This document shows positions 25,860 to 37,415 of a DNA stretch of 63,703 nt, in pieces. Made by a program: the position numbers and the translations under genes. Numbering within the stretch: position 1 is the first letter of the stretch; each line of letters starts with the position of its first letter. Location of the stretch: contig CM052818.1 of NCBI GenBank assembly GCA_028534125.1, positions 33,358,001 through 33,421,703 on the forward strand. Direction: 5' to 3'. The stretch comes from Lama glama (Eukaryota). The notes below the pieces were generated by a model. The model was given only the letters and a program-made list of their open reading frames with translations, was not told the origin of the DNA and made no database searches.

Positions 25860-26430
25860 CAACTGCCATGACTATAATCAAAATCCTGATTTTGTGCCCT
25901 TCCTTGGATATTTATTCATTTCAATAAATGGCAACTCTACTCCATTCTCTCAGGCCAAAAAACCTCAGAATCATCCCTGACTCCTATTTTTCTCTAGCTT
26001 CCACAATCAAAGCAGCAGCAAATCCTGCTGACTTTGCTGTCAATTTACATCCTCAGTCCAACCACTTCTCACCACCTCCACAACCACCTGATCTGAGCCA
26101 TTATTATCTCTGGCCTGAATAACAGCCACCACCCTCCCTGCTTCAGTCCTTGCTCACTTGCAGTTTACTGCCATCACTGCAGGCAGAGCGATCCTTTCAA
26201 CCCACTAGTCAGATTATGTTCCTCCTTTGCTCAAAACTCTCAAATGGTAAGGATGTAGCTCCTTCACAGAGTAGTCTGCAAGGCAGCAATTGACGTTTTG
26301 AAAGAGGTGAGGGAGCAAACATGTGAAATGTACGGGAAAACTTTCCAGGCAAAGAGAACGGCAAGTGTAAAGAGGCTTGATGCAGGAGCACACCTAGATG
26401 TCCAAGAACAAGCAAGAAGGTCACTGGCAC
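25860..26430. mobile_element. L2 fragments (sense to about 26285, then antisense)
   Basis: aaacctcagaatcatccctgactcc...agattatgttcctcctttgctcaaaactctcaaatgg, then tttccaggcaaagagaacggcaagtgtaaagagg. Confidence 0.65.
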
Positions 26431-27088
26431 AAACAGACACTAATACTGATCTGAGGTCACCCAGGAACTCTCTTCTCCATAGTGTGAGCCATTTCTAAAC
26501 TCCTGAGGGATGTGCAACAATCATTCATAAAACGGGTGAACCCTCAAATGGCTACTGCATCTTGGTGGGATATTTGCTAAGTCAGTCCTGGGGATGTTAA
26601 GGCAGGTTTTTAAAAAGTAACATAGGATTGGAAGAGGCTGAGAAAGGGAGGTGGCTGGACAGATAATAAATCAAATTCAGTTCATTTCTTCATTTTCAAT
26701 TTATAGAGGTAAACCCTGTACCAATCAATACACAGCCATTTCTACCTATTAGTCTGAAAATGTCAATCTGTAGGTTAAAATGGCAGTCTCAAAACTTTTA
26801 GTTTGTTAGACTCAGGGTTCTTAAATATACTTTTGAAAACAATAACAAAGGGAGTAAAATGTGGGATTTAAAAAAATTAAAAGAACTCTTGTACATATAA
26901 GGTAATCAAAAAATAATGACATATTTAGCACTTGTACTCATTTGAACTGCTAGTTATTTTAGTCCATGCACTGCATTCTAGCTCTTTTGCCCTATTTTAG
27001 TTTGTACAATGTATTTTTATTCTACTGGCTATTTTAGACCAACATTCTTTCAAAAATGCTCAGACGATCCCTACTTTATCCCTTCTTA

Positions 27089-27246
27089 AAATGTTGATCC
27101 TAGAACTAATATAAATTTATGTTTGTTGGCAGCAAATTGTTTTATACAAGTAAATTCATAATAAAAGAAATGTTGATCTCAGGAGTAATATAAATTTGTG
27201 TTTATCAGCAACAGGCTGATTTACAACTAAATTCATAACAAAAAAA
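27089..27246. repeat. Diverged tandem duplication, two copies, period 79 bp
   Basis: aaatgttgatcctagaactaatataaatttatgttt...taaattcataataaaa versus aaatgttgatctcaggagtaatataaatttgtgttt...taaattcataacaaaa. Confidence 0.85.
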
Positions 27247-28299
27247 AAAAAACTCAAGACTGAAAAGAATTTGGTCTCCTGGAAACTATAAAAGTGCTTT
27301 ATGATCTCCAACTTTCAAACCCTATTATACATTCTTTATTTTGCCATTGAGAAAATAAGGAAAACTTCATACTCGTTGGAACTAAGACTCAAGAACCCAG
27401 CTTTCAGTTCTGCCACTGTGAGCTGATCTTTCTTGTGTGTGAAACTGAGTAAATGACGATTTAAAACATGTCTTAATGTAAAATTTGAACCATAAATGTC
27501 ATATGAGGAGCAAAACACACGTGAAAAAAATCCTTCTTGCATTCTACTTCAGACAGCGACTCTTCCTGTGCATTTGCATTTGAAGCTCCAACAGTTACTC
27601 AAGCCATTTACGGCCACTCTGTTGTAACGGCTGAAACGTCAAAGATTGCTTCCATAGTAATCTTTCCTGTAAGCTGAAAATGAGACATTTAGATGCAGCC
27701 AAGTGAACAGAATCATTTGATCTTTTTTTTTTTTTTGTCAATCCTTGGTCAAACCTTCTCCTGGATAGACGGAGATTATCTGACCTAGAACTGTTAAAAT
27801 GTCAACTGTTCTGCCAACTGCCTTAGTGGCAATTTCCCAGCATTAGCAGTAAATACATGCAGCCTTCCTTTTTTCAAGTTGTAGTACATTGGCAAGTAAC
27901 AAACTAATAAGACTGAGTTTTGGCAATCAACTAGGCTTAAGCTCTTCTTCTGGTAAGAGCAGCTATGACAGAGTTCTCTTCTCCTTTTAGAAGAGACAGA
28001 TATCTTGTGCAGAATAGATTCCAAACCCGGGTTGCCCTGCAAAGAGAAATTTTACGTCCTTTCTTGGAGACTGTTCGCTGTCAACAAACAAACTGTCACC
28101 TGAAATTGACTGCTCTTAATACCTAAAAGCTAAGATATACTCAAGAGTGTCTGTAACTTTAGAGCCGGGTGACAGCCCAGCCTGGTAAAGATGATTCTTC
28201 CAATGGTCTCTGACAACAAATAGCCTAAACCTGGAGATTATTCCTTGTTAAATGCACTACTGTATGTGAAAAGGAAAGCCAAAGTTAGTCTAATTAGAG

Positions 28300-28600
28300 C
28301 ATCTCATACTTCACAAAAACGTTTTCTAAGATATATTATTTAATTATTCCCAAACCCTCTTCAGTAGATATAATTCATTTATACCTATTTTAATGGAAGT
28401 ACTGGGGTTTGAACCCAGTACCTTGTGCATGTTAAGCACGTGCTCTACCATTGAGCTATACGGTTCCATTATACCTATTTTAGAAATGAGAAAACTGAGG
28501 CTTAGAACAGTCAAGAAACTTGCCTATAGTCATTGAGAGAGTAATGAAGAATCAGAGCTCAAACTCAAGACTCAAGATTTACTCATCCATTCACTACTGT
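28300..28600 (-). mobile_element. MIR (host of the SINE)
   Basis: ttttagaaatgagaaaactgaggcttagaacagtcaagaaacttgcctatagtca. Confidence 0.75.
28393..28468 (-). mobile_element. Short tRNA-derived SINE (camelid-type) inserted in a MIR
   Basis: Minus strand gtatagctcaatggtagagcacgtgcttaacatgcacaaggtactgggttcaaaccccagtacttccatt carries A and B boxes. Flanked by a perfect 14-bp TSD ttatacctatttta (28379-28392, 28469-28482). Confidence 0.9.
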
Positions 28601-28855
28601 GGATTATGAGCCTCAAATGTGCCAGGCCCCATACCAGGCACTGCAAATGTGAGTAACAGAGACATGATCCCTGCCCTCCTGGAGCTTATAGTCTAGTGAG
28701 TGAATCAGACATTAATCAAAATAATATCCCTATAAATTACAACCTGTGAAAAATACCATCCACGAAAGGGCAGAGAGCTCTGAGAGCATGTTTCAGGAAG
28801 GCCTAACCTGTCTAGGCCTTGGGGTTCATTACTTGAGGGAAACTTTAAAAAGCTG
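28600..28855 (-). mobile_element. L2 3' fragment
   Basis: tgtgccaggccccataccaggcactg...catgatccctgccctcctggagcttatagtctagtg. Confidence 0.7.
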
Positions 28856-28859
28856 AGTC

Positions 28860-30950
28860 AAAAGACCATGTAGAAAAATAAACAATCAATACTAGCTAGG
28901 AAAAACTTAAAGAAGAAAAGCAATGAGAGGTGGCTAGCTACACCAGACAGCAAAGCATCACCTGAAGACACAATAATTACAGCAGTGTAGTGCTGATGTA
29001 AAATCAACAGATGAATGGAACAGGAAGCAAGTCCAGAAAAAAAGCCCAAAAAGATTTAGGGCATGACTGATGGTGTGGGACAACTGGGAAGCCCTCTAGG
29101 AATAAATAAAACTTAGATCTATATTTCACATCATATACGAGGAGAAAGACAAAGTAGATTAAAGATTTCAGTGTAAAACCTAAACTAAAACCATAAAGAA
29201 GAAAACACTGACAAATGTCTTTACAACCTTGCAGCAAAGAATGACTCTAATACGACTCCAAATTCAGAAGCCACAAAGGGAAAGACAGATAAACTAAACT
29301 ACCTGAACATAAAAATTTTCTGGATGGCGAAAAAATACCACTGGCAAAGTCAAAAGACAACTGGCAAACTAAGGAAAGTTTATTTGCAACTCCATCATAA
29401 GGAGTTAATGCTCTTAATCAAAAAGAGATTAAAAACCCAAGAAAATAACAGGAAACGATATACAGAAAAGAAATACAAATGACTCTTAAACATGAAAAAA
29501 TGCTTAATCACATTCATATCAAAAGAAATACAAATTAAAACTAAATTGAACATCATTTTTCACCAGATTGACAGAAATCTATCAGCACTTTAAAGATATC
29601 ACTGCACTGTCTTCTCACCTCCATTGTTTTTGATGAAAAGTTACCAGTGACACAATTTTCAGCTACATATAAAGTGTTACCTTCGTGGTCACTTAAGATT
29701 TTCTCTTTATGTTTGGTTTTTAGTATTTTCACTATGACGTGCCTTGTTTTTTCCTTGCATTTGTCTTAGTTGGGATTCTTGAATTGAGATTGTTGAGATT
29801 CTTGAATCTGTAAATATAGTTCTTTCATCATATTTGGAAATATCTGGGCATTATTTAATCTAATATTTTCCTGCTTTCTTTTTCTCCCCTCGTCTCCTTC
29901 TAGGGCTTCACCTTCGCATATTAGATATTTTGACCTTGTCCCATACATAAGCTTTGTTTTCCCCCCTAAGTATCAACCCCCATCCAGTATCTGCCTGCTT
30001 TTGATTACTCTCCAGAGCCCTGAGGCACATGGCTTTATATCTGTGGATGGGTTGGTCCAACAGGAGCAACTTGGCCATTATGCAAAGTGGAAATGAACAG
30101 AAATTTGCAAATATATTAATATACGATTGGTAATGCTATAGAGAAACAATCACTCTCATCTATCGTTGCTGGGTTAATAAATTGGTATAAACTTTATGAG
30201 AGCATTCTGGTGATAAAATTATAAATACATGGTGGGGGGAGGGTATAGTTCAGTGGTAGAGCATGTGTTTACCATGCACGAGGTCCTGGGTTCAATCTCC
30301 AATACCTCCATAAAATAAATAAATAAATAAGTAAACCTAATTATCTCCCCCTACCAAAAAAATTAAAAAATAAAACCTATGTGACTACTAACCTAGATAG
30401 CTAATTTTAAAAAAATTATAAGCACATATAAGCTTTGATCCAGCAATTCCACTTCTAGTTACTTATATTACAGACATACTTGAACACATGCAACGTGACA
30501 TATACAAGACTATTTATTACAGTATTGTTTGTAACAGAGAAAGATTTAAAGCAACTTTAATACCCAGCAATAGAATTCAGATTAAATAAACTATGGTTCA
30601 ATTATACAATGTAATAATATACAATTATTTTAAAAAGGAATGTTTATATGGAAAAAAATCTCTGTGCTACATTAAGTCAAAAGTAAGGTATAAAACAGTA
30701 TATATGTTATCATTTGCATAAAAAAGAGAATATATATATATTTGTATTTGATTATATGTGCATAAAGAAACTGAAAAGCTACACTAGAAAAAGTTATACC
30801 AGTGCTTCCTTGGTGTGAGAGAAGGAAAGGAAGGTGGTTTGATTTGGGTGGGAGGGACAAGACAATGATGGAGGGAGACTTCTCACTAAATATATTTTAA
30901 TACATTTTGATTTTTGAATAATATGAACATATTGCCCACTCAAAAAAAGT
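28860..30950 (+). mobile_element. Old L1 (L1ME-like) ORF2/3' end, interrupted by an antisense L1 segment (about 29580-30060) and a SINE
   Basis: aaagaagaaaagcaatgagaggtggctagctacaccagac...tatttcacatcatatac...ctttgatccagcaattccacttctag. The 29580-30060 part resembles antisense ORF1-region sequence. Confidence 0.7.
30233..30411 (+). mobile_element. tRNA-derived SINE (camelid-type, longer form) with 3' extension
   Basis: ggggagggtatagttcagtggtagagcatgtgtttaccatgcacgaggtcctgggttcaatctccaatacctcc(ataa)n...aaacctaattatctcccc, then an A-tract. Imperfect TSD aaaattataaatacat (30215-30230) / aaaattataagcacat (30412-30427). Confidence 0.9.
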
Positions 30951-30994
30951 TTAAGGGATTTGAAAATTAAAAGTGTGTATAATGAGATATTTGT

Positions 30995-31200
30995 AATTCA
31001 TGTATTCGACAAACACTACTGAGCACCTGCGGTGCCAAGACCCAGGCTGGGTAATGGAAATCTTAAGACCAACAAAATACAATCTGTCTTCATGGAGCTT
31101 AAAGTCTGTCTTGACTAGACAAAGTATTACAATTACAACGCTTTGAGAAAGAGATTTACAGGATGCTTTGGAGGTTACTGAGTTAGGACTCAGCATCAGG
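30995..31200 (-). mobile_element. L2 3' fragment
   Basis: attcatgtattcgacaaacactactgagcacctgcggtgccaag...ctgtcttcatggagcttaaagtct. Confidence 0.65.
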
Positions 31201-32201
31201 TGACAGAATTCTAATTCAAACTCACTTGAGCAAATAAAAGACAATTTATTAAAAAGAAATGAGGTATCTTAGGGAATCTAAGATTAAAAAAGCAGCCCAG
31301 CCTCAGTTCAAAGTCCTCTACTGCCCCCAGAATTTTTTCTCGGTTTCTTATCTCTGCTATCTCTGTGGTTCCTGTTACAGTCACCTTCTCTCTATTTACC
31401 ACTTTTTGATTGTTTTGACTAGATGCTATGAGGGAAAAAAAGCTTCCAGATTTACATGTTACAGACCAGCTACTCATAACAGGACCAATCTTACTCTTTC
31501 AGAACTAACTCCAAACTCCCAGGCAAGAATTCTGTTTGGCTGAGGTGCCTCCTGATTGAATCAACATGGTTCCCGCAGTTTTTATGGTGAAAAAGTTAGT
31601 GTCACCATAAATTCATTGAAAATAACTGAAAAACTAGGAAACTCTTTGGGGGAGGCGGGGTTGAGTTATTTGTGTATTTCCCAAAGGCCATAAAAAAGTC
31701 CGAGGGGCTTTCTTACCAAACACTTCCAATGCAAGATTCTTCATCTTTATCCTTTTACTATATGAAGAGAAAGCTTTAAAAACTGGACTCGGCTGGTCCT
31801 TTAAAGATACTTGTAGATTCTCTTCATGTGGAGGAAATTGCAAGGGGTCTTCCCAACATCTAAATGCCATCAAAAATGGGGCAAAGCACCCAAGACTTCA
31901 GAACAAACAAGTGGCTTCCCAAATACAATTTGGTGACTCAATTCCAGCCCATCCTCATACGCTGCCCTGCAAGGTGCAGGCAGAGGAAACAGAAAGGGTT
32001 CCTTTGTGTTTTACAGGCTTCTGTAAAACCACATCTTTTCCACTTGATGTGTCCTGCTACTCAAGAAACCAAATTTTCTACTGATACTTGTATTATTTAA
32101 AAAATAATAATAAAGGTCCTTTTAAATGTCAGTAAGATTGAGACAGCTATCATATCCACTTTAAATGTCTTGAGGTATGAAGTAATCTGGGTACACTCAT
32201 T

Positions 32202-32204
<3 letters not shown>

Positions 32205-32240
<36 letters not shown>
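32205..32240. repeat. (AC)18 microsatellite
   Basis: Uninterrupted ac repeat read directly. Confidence 0.97.
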
Positions 32241-32242
<2 letters not shown>

Positions 32243-32750
32243 CTTTTAGTGAATAAAGTAAAAACTTAAGATGTAAACTACAGCGAGCAAGATCCTAAGT
32301 ACTCCTACTGACATACAGGTCAAAATTCAATATAACAAATTTCAGTACACACACAATAAAAATGTGAGAGCCCTTGTCATGGATTCAGTTATTTTAAATA
32401 ATGTTCAACTTCTAACAGTTCTATGTGGTTAAAAGCAAAAACAAATAAATTTGTACAGTTCCAAGAAGTGACTGTAACAGATTTGACTATCATGCTACAT
32501 ACACTCTTTCCAGAGGAGCAACTACAAGTTACAGCTCAAATGCCACTGGGGTATGACTCCCAAGTAGCATAAATCAAACGGGGAGCATGAGAGGCCCCTG
32601 TATCCCTGCTACATACAGGGGACTGGCTTCATCAGAACACTACTCCATCCTCGTGGCCAGTGGTAAGAAAGCCATCCACTTCCAGACCCTCCAGATATCC
32701 TGGCCCCTCTTCTGAGAGCACTCTGGCCCTCCTCTCCCGCCCTTCTAGTA

Positions 32751-33087
32751 CAGTGGTGTCCAAGAGAAAGATAACGCAACACACAAGGGTGAGCCGTGTA
32801 TACATATGCGATTTGAGATTATTTAACATTTTCTAATGGCCACATTTCAAAAGGTAAAGAAAAACGGGTGAAATTAATTTTAATAATATATCCTAATATG
32901 TCCAAAATATTATCATTTCCACATATAATCAACATAAAAAATTATTAATGAGATCATTTTTTGTACCAGTTCTTTGAGCTCTGCCGTGTATTTTACATTT
33001 GCATACATCTCGGTTCAGGCTACCCACATTTCAAGTGATCAAGAGCCACATATTTAAGACCAGGGGCTCCTGTGTTGGGCAGCACAG
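32751..33087 (+). mobile_element. MER33 (hAT-Charlie)
   Basis: cagtggtgtccaagagaaa...ttttctaatggccacattt...gggtgaaattaattttaataatatat...gtgttgggcagcacag. Confidence 0.85.
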
Positions 33088-33909
33088 TTGAAGATATTTT
33101 TCCATTATCATTAATTCCTACGTTAAGTTAGATACTTTCCGTCACAAACACCTGAAGACCTACCTCAGCTGCCAAAGGCCATGAACCTAGGACACTCCTG
33201 ACAGGATGGCTGGGAAATGACACCTGGTTAGTGGGAAGGATCAAGGGACCCCATTGCCTCTTGCAGCTAATATGCTTTTCCCCTCTTCCTCCAAACACTG
33301 TCTAAACCTACTGTCTTTACTTTGTCTTCACCACTTCCCTTCCTGATACCCTGAAATCTTTTCCCCCATCCTCCAGGCTCCATCAAAACTACTCCTGGAA
33401 AGATAAGCAATGCTTTCCTTCTTTAAAAAGTACCTTTTCCTTTCCCCCTTGCTTTCCATACTTTATCTGCAGCTTGGTAATAGCAACTTCTGCTGGCCTA
33501 CACAGGGTACTTTATGATCAACAGCATTCTCAGACGTAATACAGAAACAAGCACGGAACTAGAATTTATTGAGCACCTTCTATAATGTTACTTCAAATAT
33601 ATAGAAAAGAAGGCTAATATAATAATAGTGCTTTGTATCGCACAACTTCACATTTGCTTCATTCTGTTTGCTTCCCACCCACATGGAACCTAATTTAATC
33701 TCCATGTCAAGGTTGGGGTGACAGAGTCGTTATCTCCAGGAAAGTGACACATGGAAAAGCTTTAGTCACATACACACAAAACTTAATGACAGAATTAGAA
33801 CCCAAAGCTCCTGCCTCCCAGATCCCTCTCTCTACAACACATTTCTAGATGGCCTTAGCCCTAGAAGAGCTCACACTTTAACACAGCTATAAAATAATCA
33901 AGCAGGGAG

Positions 33910-34220
33910 GCCACTACATACCGAGGTAGACCTAATGCCTTGGTAGCAGACTTAAGCAAACCAAACCGTTAGCCAGAATCAATCCTTGTAAATGCCTCAA
34001 GTTTAAGAAAAACAACCAATCACAAATAGCGAGCTAGTCTTTCCCAAATAATGCAGCCACTTAAGCTATAGCCAATCACATAATTTTCCTGTTTGCTTCC
34101 AAGTCTTCTAAAAACCTTGGCCCTAACTCTGATCAGTAGAAAGCACCTAACCACCCTGCATCAACGTTCGCTCGAATAAACTCTTAGAAATTCTAATACG
34201 TCTCAGTTTATCTTTTAACA
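33910..34220 (+). mobile_element. ERV1-class solo LTR fragment (MER34/MER39-like 3' end)
   Basis: Two CCAAT boxes (aaccaatcac, agccaatcac), polyA signal gctcgaataaactct, terminal tttatcttttaaca. Confidence 0.65.
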
Positions 34221-34949
34221 CTGCTTATCCACTTTCCCTTCAGATGTAATGGCACAGCGAGATGCGAAGACAGGGGCATTAGGCATTAACTTAAGTGAGG
34301 AGCTACCATGAAATGGTTCCTTTCTTTTCTGCACAGGAATTTCAGATGTTGCCAGAGTTTAATTTATAAGTCATAAATTCTTAAAATCTTACTGGGATTT
34401 GGGGTCAAATACAACAACAAAAAAAGGGTAACTGCTTCACATTCTTCATTATATACCACTAGTTTAAAAATACCCACAAAGGGGAAAAATTGGTTGCTAA
34501 AAAAATGTTTTATCTCACAGATCACCTACTGGTGATCTTTAATATGTAAAATATGGGAAAAGATGTGGTTTTAAACATCTCAAAACATTCATTTCATAGC
34601 AGAAAAGAAAAAATGCCTTTGATCAAAACATTAGGTATGATGAGCTAACTTTGAGTTCTGGGAATGAAAACAAAAGCCAAAGAAAAATTCACAAATTTGC
34701 TTACTGGGCTTTGTTGCTATTCAACAAACACTGGTTCTTCAGATACAACAGATAAATGCAGGAAACACTGACAAGACAGGTGATACGTACAATAGGGACC
34801 TTAGGCTTTACCCACTGAGAAAACTTACCATGTACCTTTATTTGATACACTGTTATCAGAACAGTATATATAATTTTAATACCTGTAAGCTTACATTGTG
34901 GCATTCATCAAAATTAAAGTTCCAATCTTAAAAATAACTCTGCTCAAAG

Positions 34950-35175
34950 AGGTAGCAGGAGAGAGATCTTTGTGGTGATCTTGACTGCTGTTGTGATTAC
35001 AGGAAGTTACTCATGTGATAAGATGGCATGTACATACGTTGTACCCATGTCAGTTTCTTGGTTATGTAAAATATAACCAGTGGGGGAAACTGGGTGAAGG
35101 GTATGTAAGACCTCTCCATACTGTTTTGCAACTTCTTATGAATCTATAATGATTTAATATACCCTTAAAAATAAC
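34950..35175 (+). mobile_element. Old L1 (L1MC/MD-like) 3'UTR end
   Basis: ggggaaactgggtgaagggtatgtaagacctctccatactgttttgcaacttcttatgaatctataat. Confidence 0.7.
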
Positions 35176-35748
35176 ATGCACCCAAGTATTGTTCATTCTG
35201 AACAGGTAAGCTTGCATCCCAACGTATCATCTGTTTTCTCCTCATTAAAAAAAAAAAAAAATGGGTGTTTCTTAAAAATTGTAAAACCAGCACAGACTAG
35301 GAATACAATGTTCAAAACTCCTACCTACTCATTAAAGGAGATGGGCAAAGCAGTAAGAGAATCAATTTCAGGAGACAAAGGCAAAGAATTAGTAGAGTTT
35401 GGCAGTGGGGTAGTGGGGGTTAATGTTTGCTTTCAAGTGTTTACTTGCTGAAACTCTAACTGGAAGTCGAGGAGAAAAAAGAAGAGTGCCTGCGGTGGGT
35501 TGGAGGAAGAACTGTATTTCAAATTAGCATGCTTGTCAGAAGCTGACAGGAGTTCAGAGACCTCTCCCTCTTTTATTATGTTTTTAAATTTTTTCCATTT
35601 GCCAGCTGACAGTAAAATGGAAGAGGCATCTCAGGTTTTTAAGAGCCTCATACTTTTAGAGCAGAAATGGAAGATTAAGAATGTGAACACACGTGGCAGA
35701 AAGAAAACTTCAGTGGTGACAAAGGTGAAAACAAGAAGTCACCATCCT

Positions 35749-35998
35749 ACAGAGAACAAACTAGTGGTTCCCAGTGGGGAGAGGGAAGGGGGGCAATCTA
35801 GGGGTAAGGGACTAAGAGGTATAAACTATTAGGTATAAAATAAGCTCAAATATACTGTACAACACGGGGAATATAGTAAATATTTTATAACTATAAATGG
35901 AACATAACCTTTAAAAATTGTGAATCACTGTATTATACACCTATATCAAATTGTATATCAACTATACTTCAATTAAAAAAAAGAAATCTGATGCAACA
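35749..35998 (+). mobile_element. Severely 5'-truncated L1 3'UTR with TSD
   Basis: agagaacaaactagtggttcccagtggggagaggg...atcaactatacttcaattaaaaaaaa. TSD aagaagtcaccatcct (35733-35748) / aaaaagtcaccattct (35999-36014). Confidence 0.88.
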
Positions 35999-37244
35999 AA
36001 AAAGTCACCATTCTCTCAAATGAATACAGGATTTTGTAATCTAAGGATATTCAATGGTTATGCTCTCTTGGATTTATTACAGAAAATATTTATCAGATGG
36101 ACTAGTACGATCAGGAGAATCAAAACACATGGATTAACATTTAACCCAGGAAGAACATATTGAGTCTTACAATGTTTTATTTGGAGAGTATATTAATTTC
36201 CACATTTCAATTTATTTCATATATCAATTTATTTCACATAAAAATGTCCTTTTGCTAGAATACTCCAATATAACATAATGGATGTGATTTTTTGATTGGT
36301 AAACCAGTCATATGTATGCTTATAATTCTTGTTCCCCATGTATGCTATGTCTCTAAGTTTTTCTCCAACCATATAACCTACTGACCTCCTCTACCTATAA
36401 TGCTATATATGTCCACCTTTCTTTAGGGCCTATGTCAGTTCTGGTTCATTAGTGAAGGCTTTCTTCAGTCACTCCATTCCTCAGTGATTGAGTCTTCTTC
36501 TGAATTTATATACAGGCTGTACATTGCACATGAGATTTAATCTATCCAGCACTGCTATATCATTTCTTACAAATATGTTTGAGTTTTCTCAACTGGATTT
36601 TAACACCTTCAAAAGCAAAAGCTGACTGCTTTTTTTATCTAGCAAAATCTAGCATCATGGACTTTCCATAAATGTGTATCAGTCCTACCCTGGCCTATCT
36701 TATGGGTCTGGCACAGCACCCCAGTGCATATAAATATAAAAATAATTTTAAATATTGATTCTGTAGTAAACTGAAAAGCACAATTTTCAATAACCTAATA
36801 GAACAATGAACAAAATAGGGTCAAAGGATAAGCTGTGACAGTCCACAAGACACCTAAGGGCCGACAAGAGGTATATCTTTTCGGCATAGCTCTTCCATAC
36901 ATTCAAACAACTAAGAAAGGAGCATATAGTTAGCAGACTACTAAGGAAGGACTGAATGCTTTATTGAAAGTGAGATCATCTAAGTCAATGATATTCACTT
37001 CCCTTAAAAGGGTAAAATATATTTGCCATGACTGTTTGTTAGTTACCCAACTGTTACTTTAACTGACTACTGCATTCTTATTTAAATGTCTGCAAATCAT
37101 CCACTTAAAAGACCTGCGTGTAATTTCTTCTAAAAATCTCCAGAATGTTTTTACTTTCTACAGTCCTCTAGGATCTTTTTGCTCCTCCATAACTTCTCAG
37201 AGATAATATCTCTGCAGCATATCTGCCAGTTTTTAAAATGTCCT

Positions 37245-37415
37245 CAAAGAGTCTCCCCTAGAGCTTTCAGAAGGAACGCAGCCTCGCCAACACTTTGATT
37301 TTAGCCCAAGGGGACCCATTTCAGACTTCTGACCACCAGAACTATAATACATTTGTGTTGTTTTAAGCCTCCAAGTCTGTTGTAATTTTTTACAGCAGCA
37401 ATAGGAAACTAATAC
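37245..37415 (+). mobile_element. MLT1 (C/D-like) LTR 3' half
   Basis: ctcccctagagctttcagaaggaacgcagcc...gacttctgaccaccagaact...acagcagcaataggaaactaataca. Confidence 0.85.

Noticed and set aside
30240..30310. tRNA gene call for the tRNA-like sequences (also 28393-28468 and 52209-52293)
   Set aside because: Stem mismatches, A-rich tails and TSDs identify them as SINEs.
32595..32621. 9-bp inverted repeat cccctgtat/atacagggg
   Set aside because: A single short stem, expected by chance in 64 kb; too short for a pre-miRNA.
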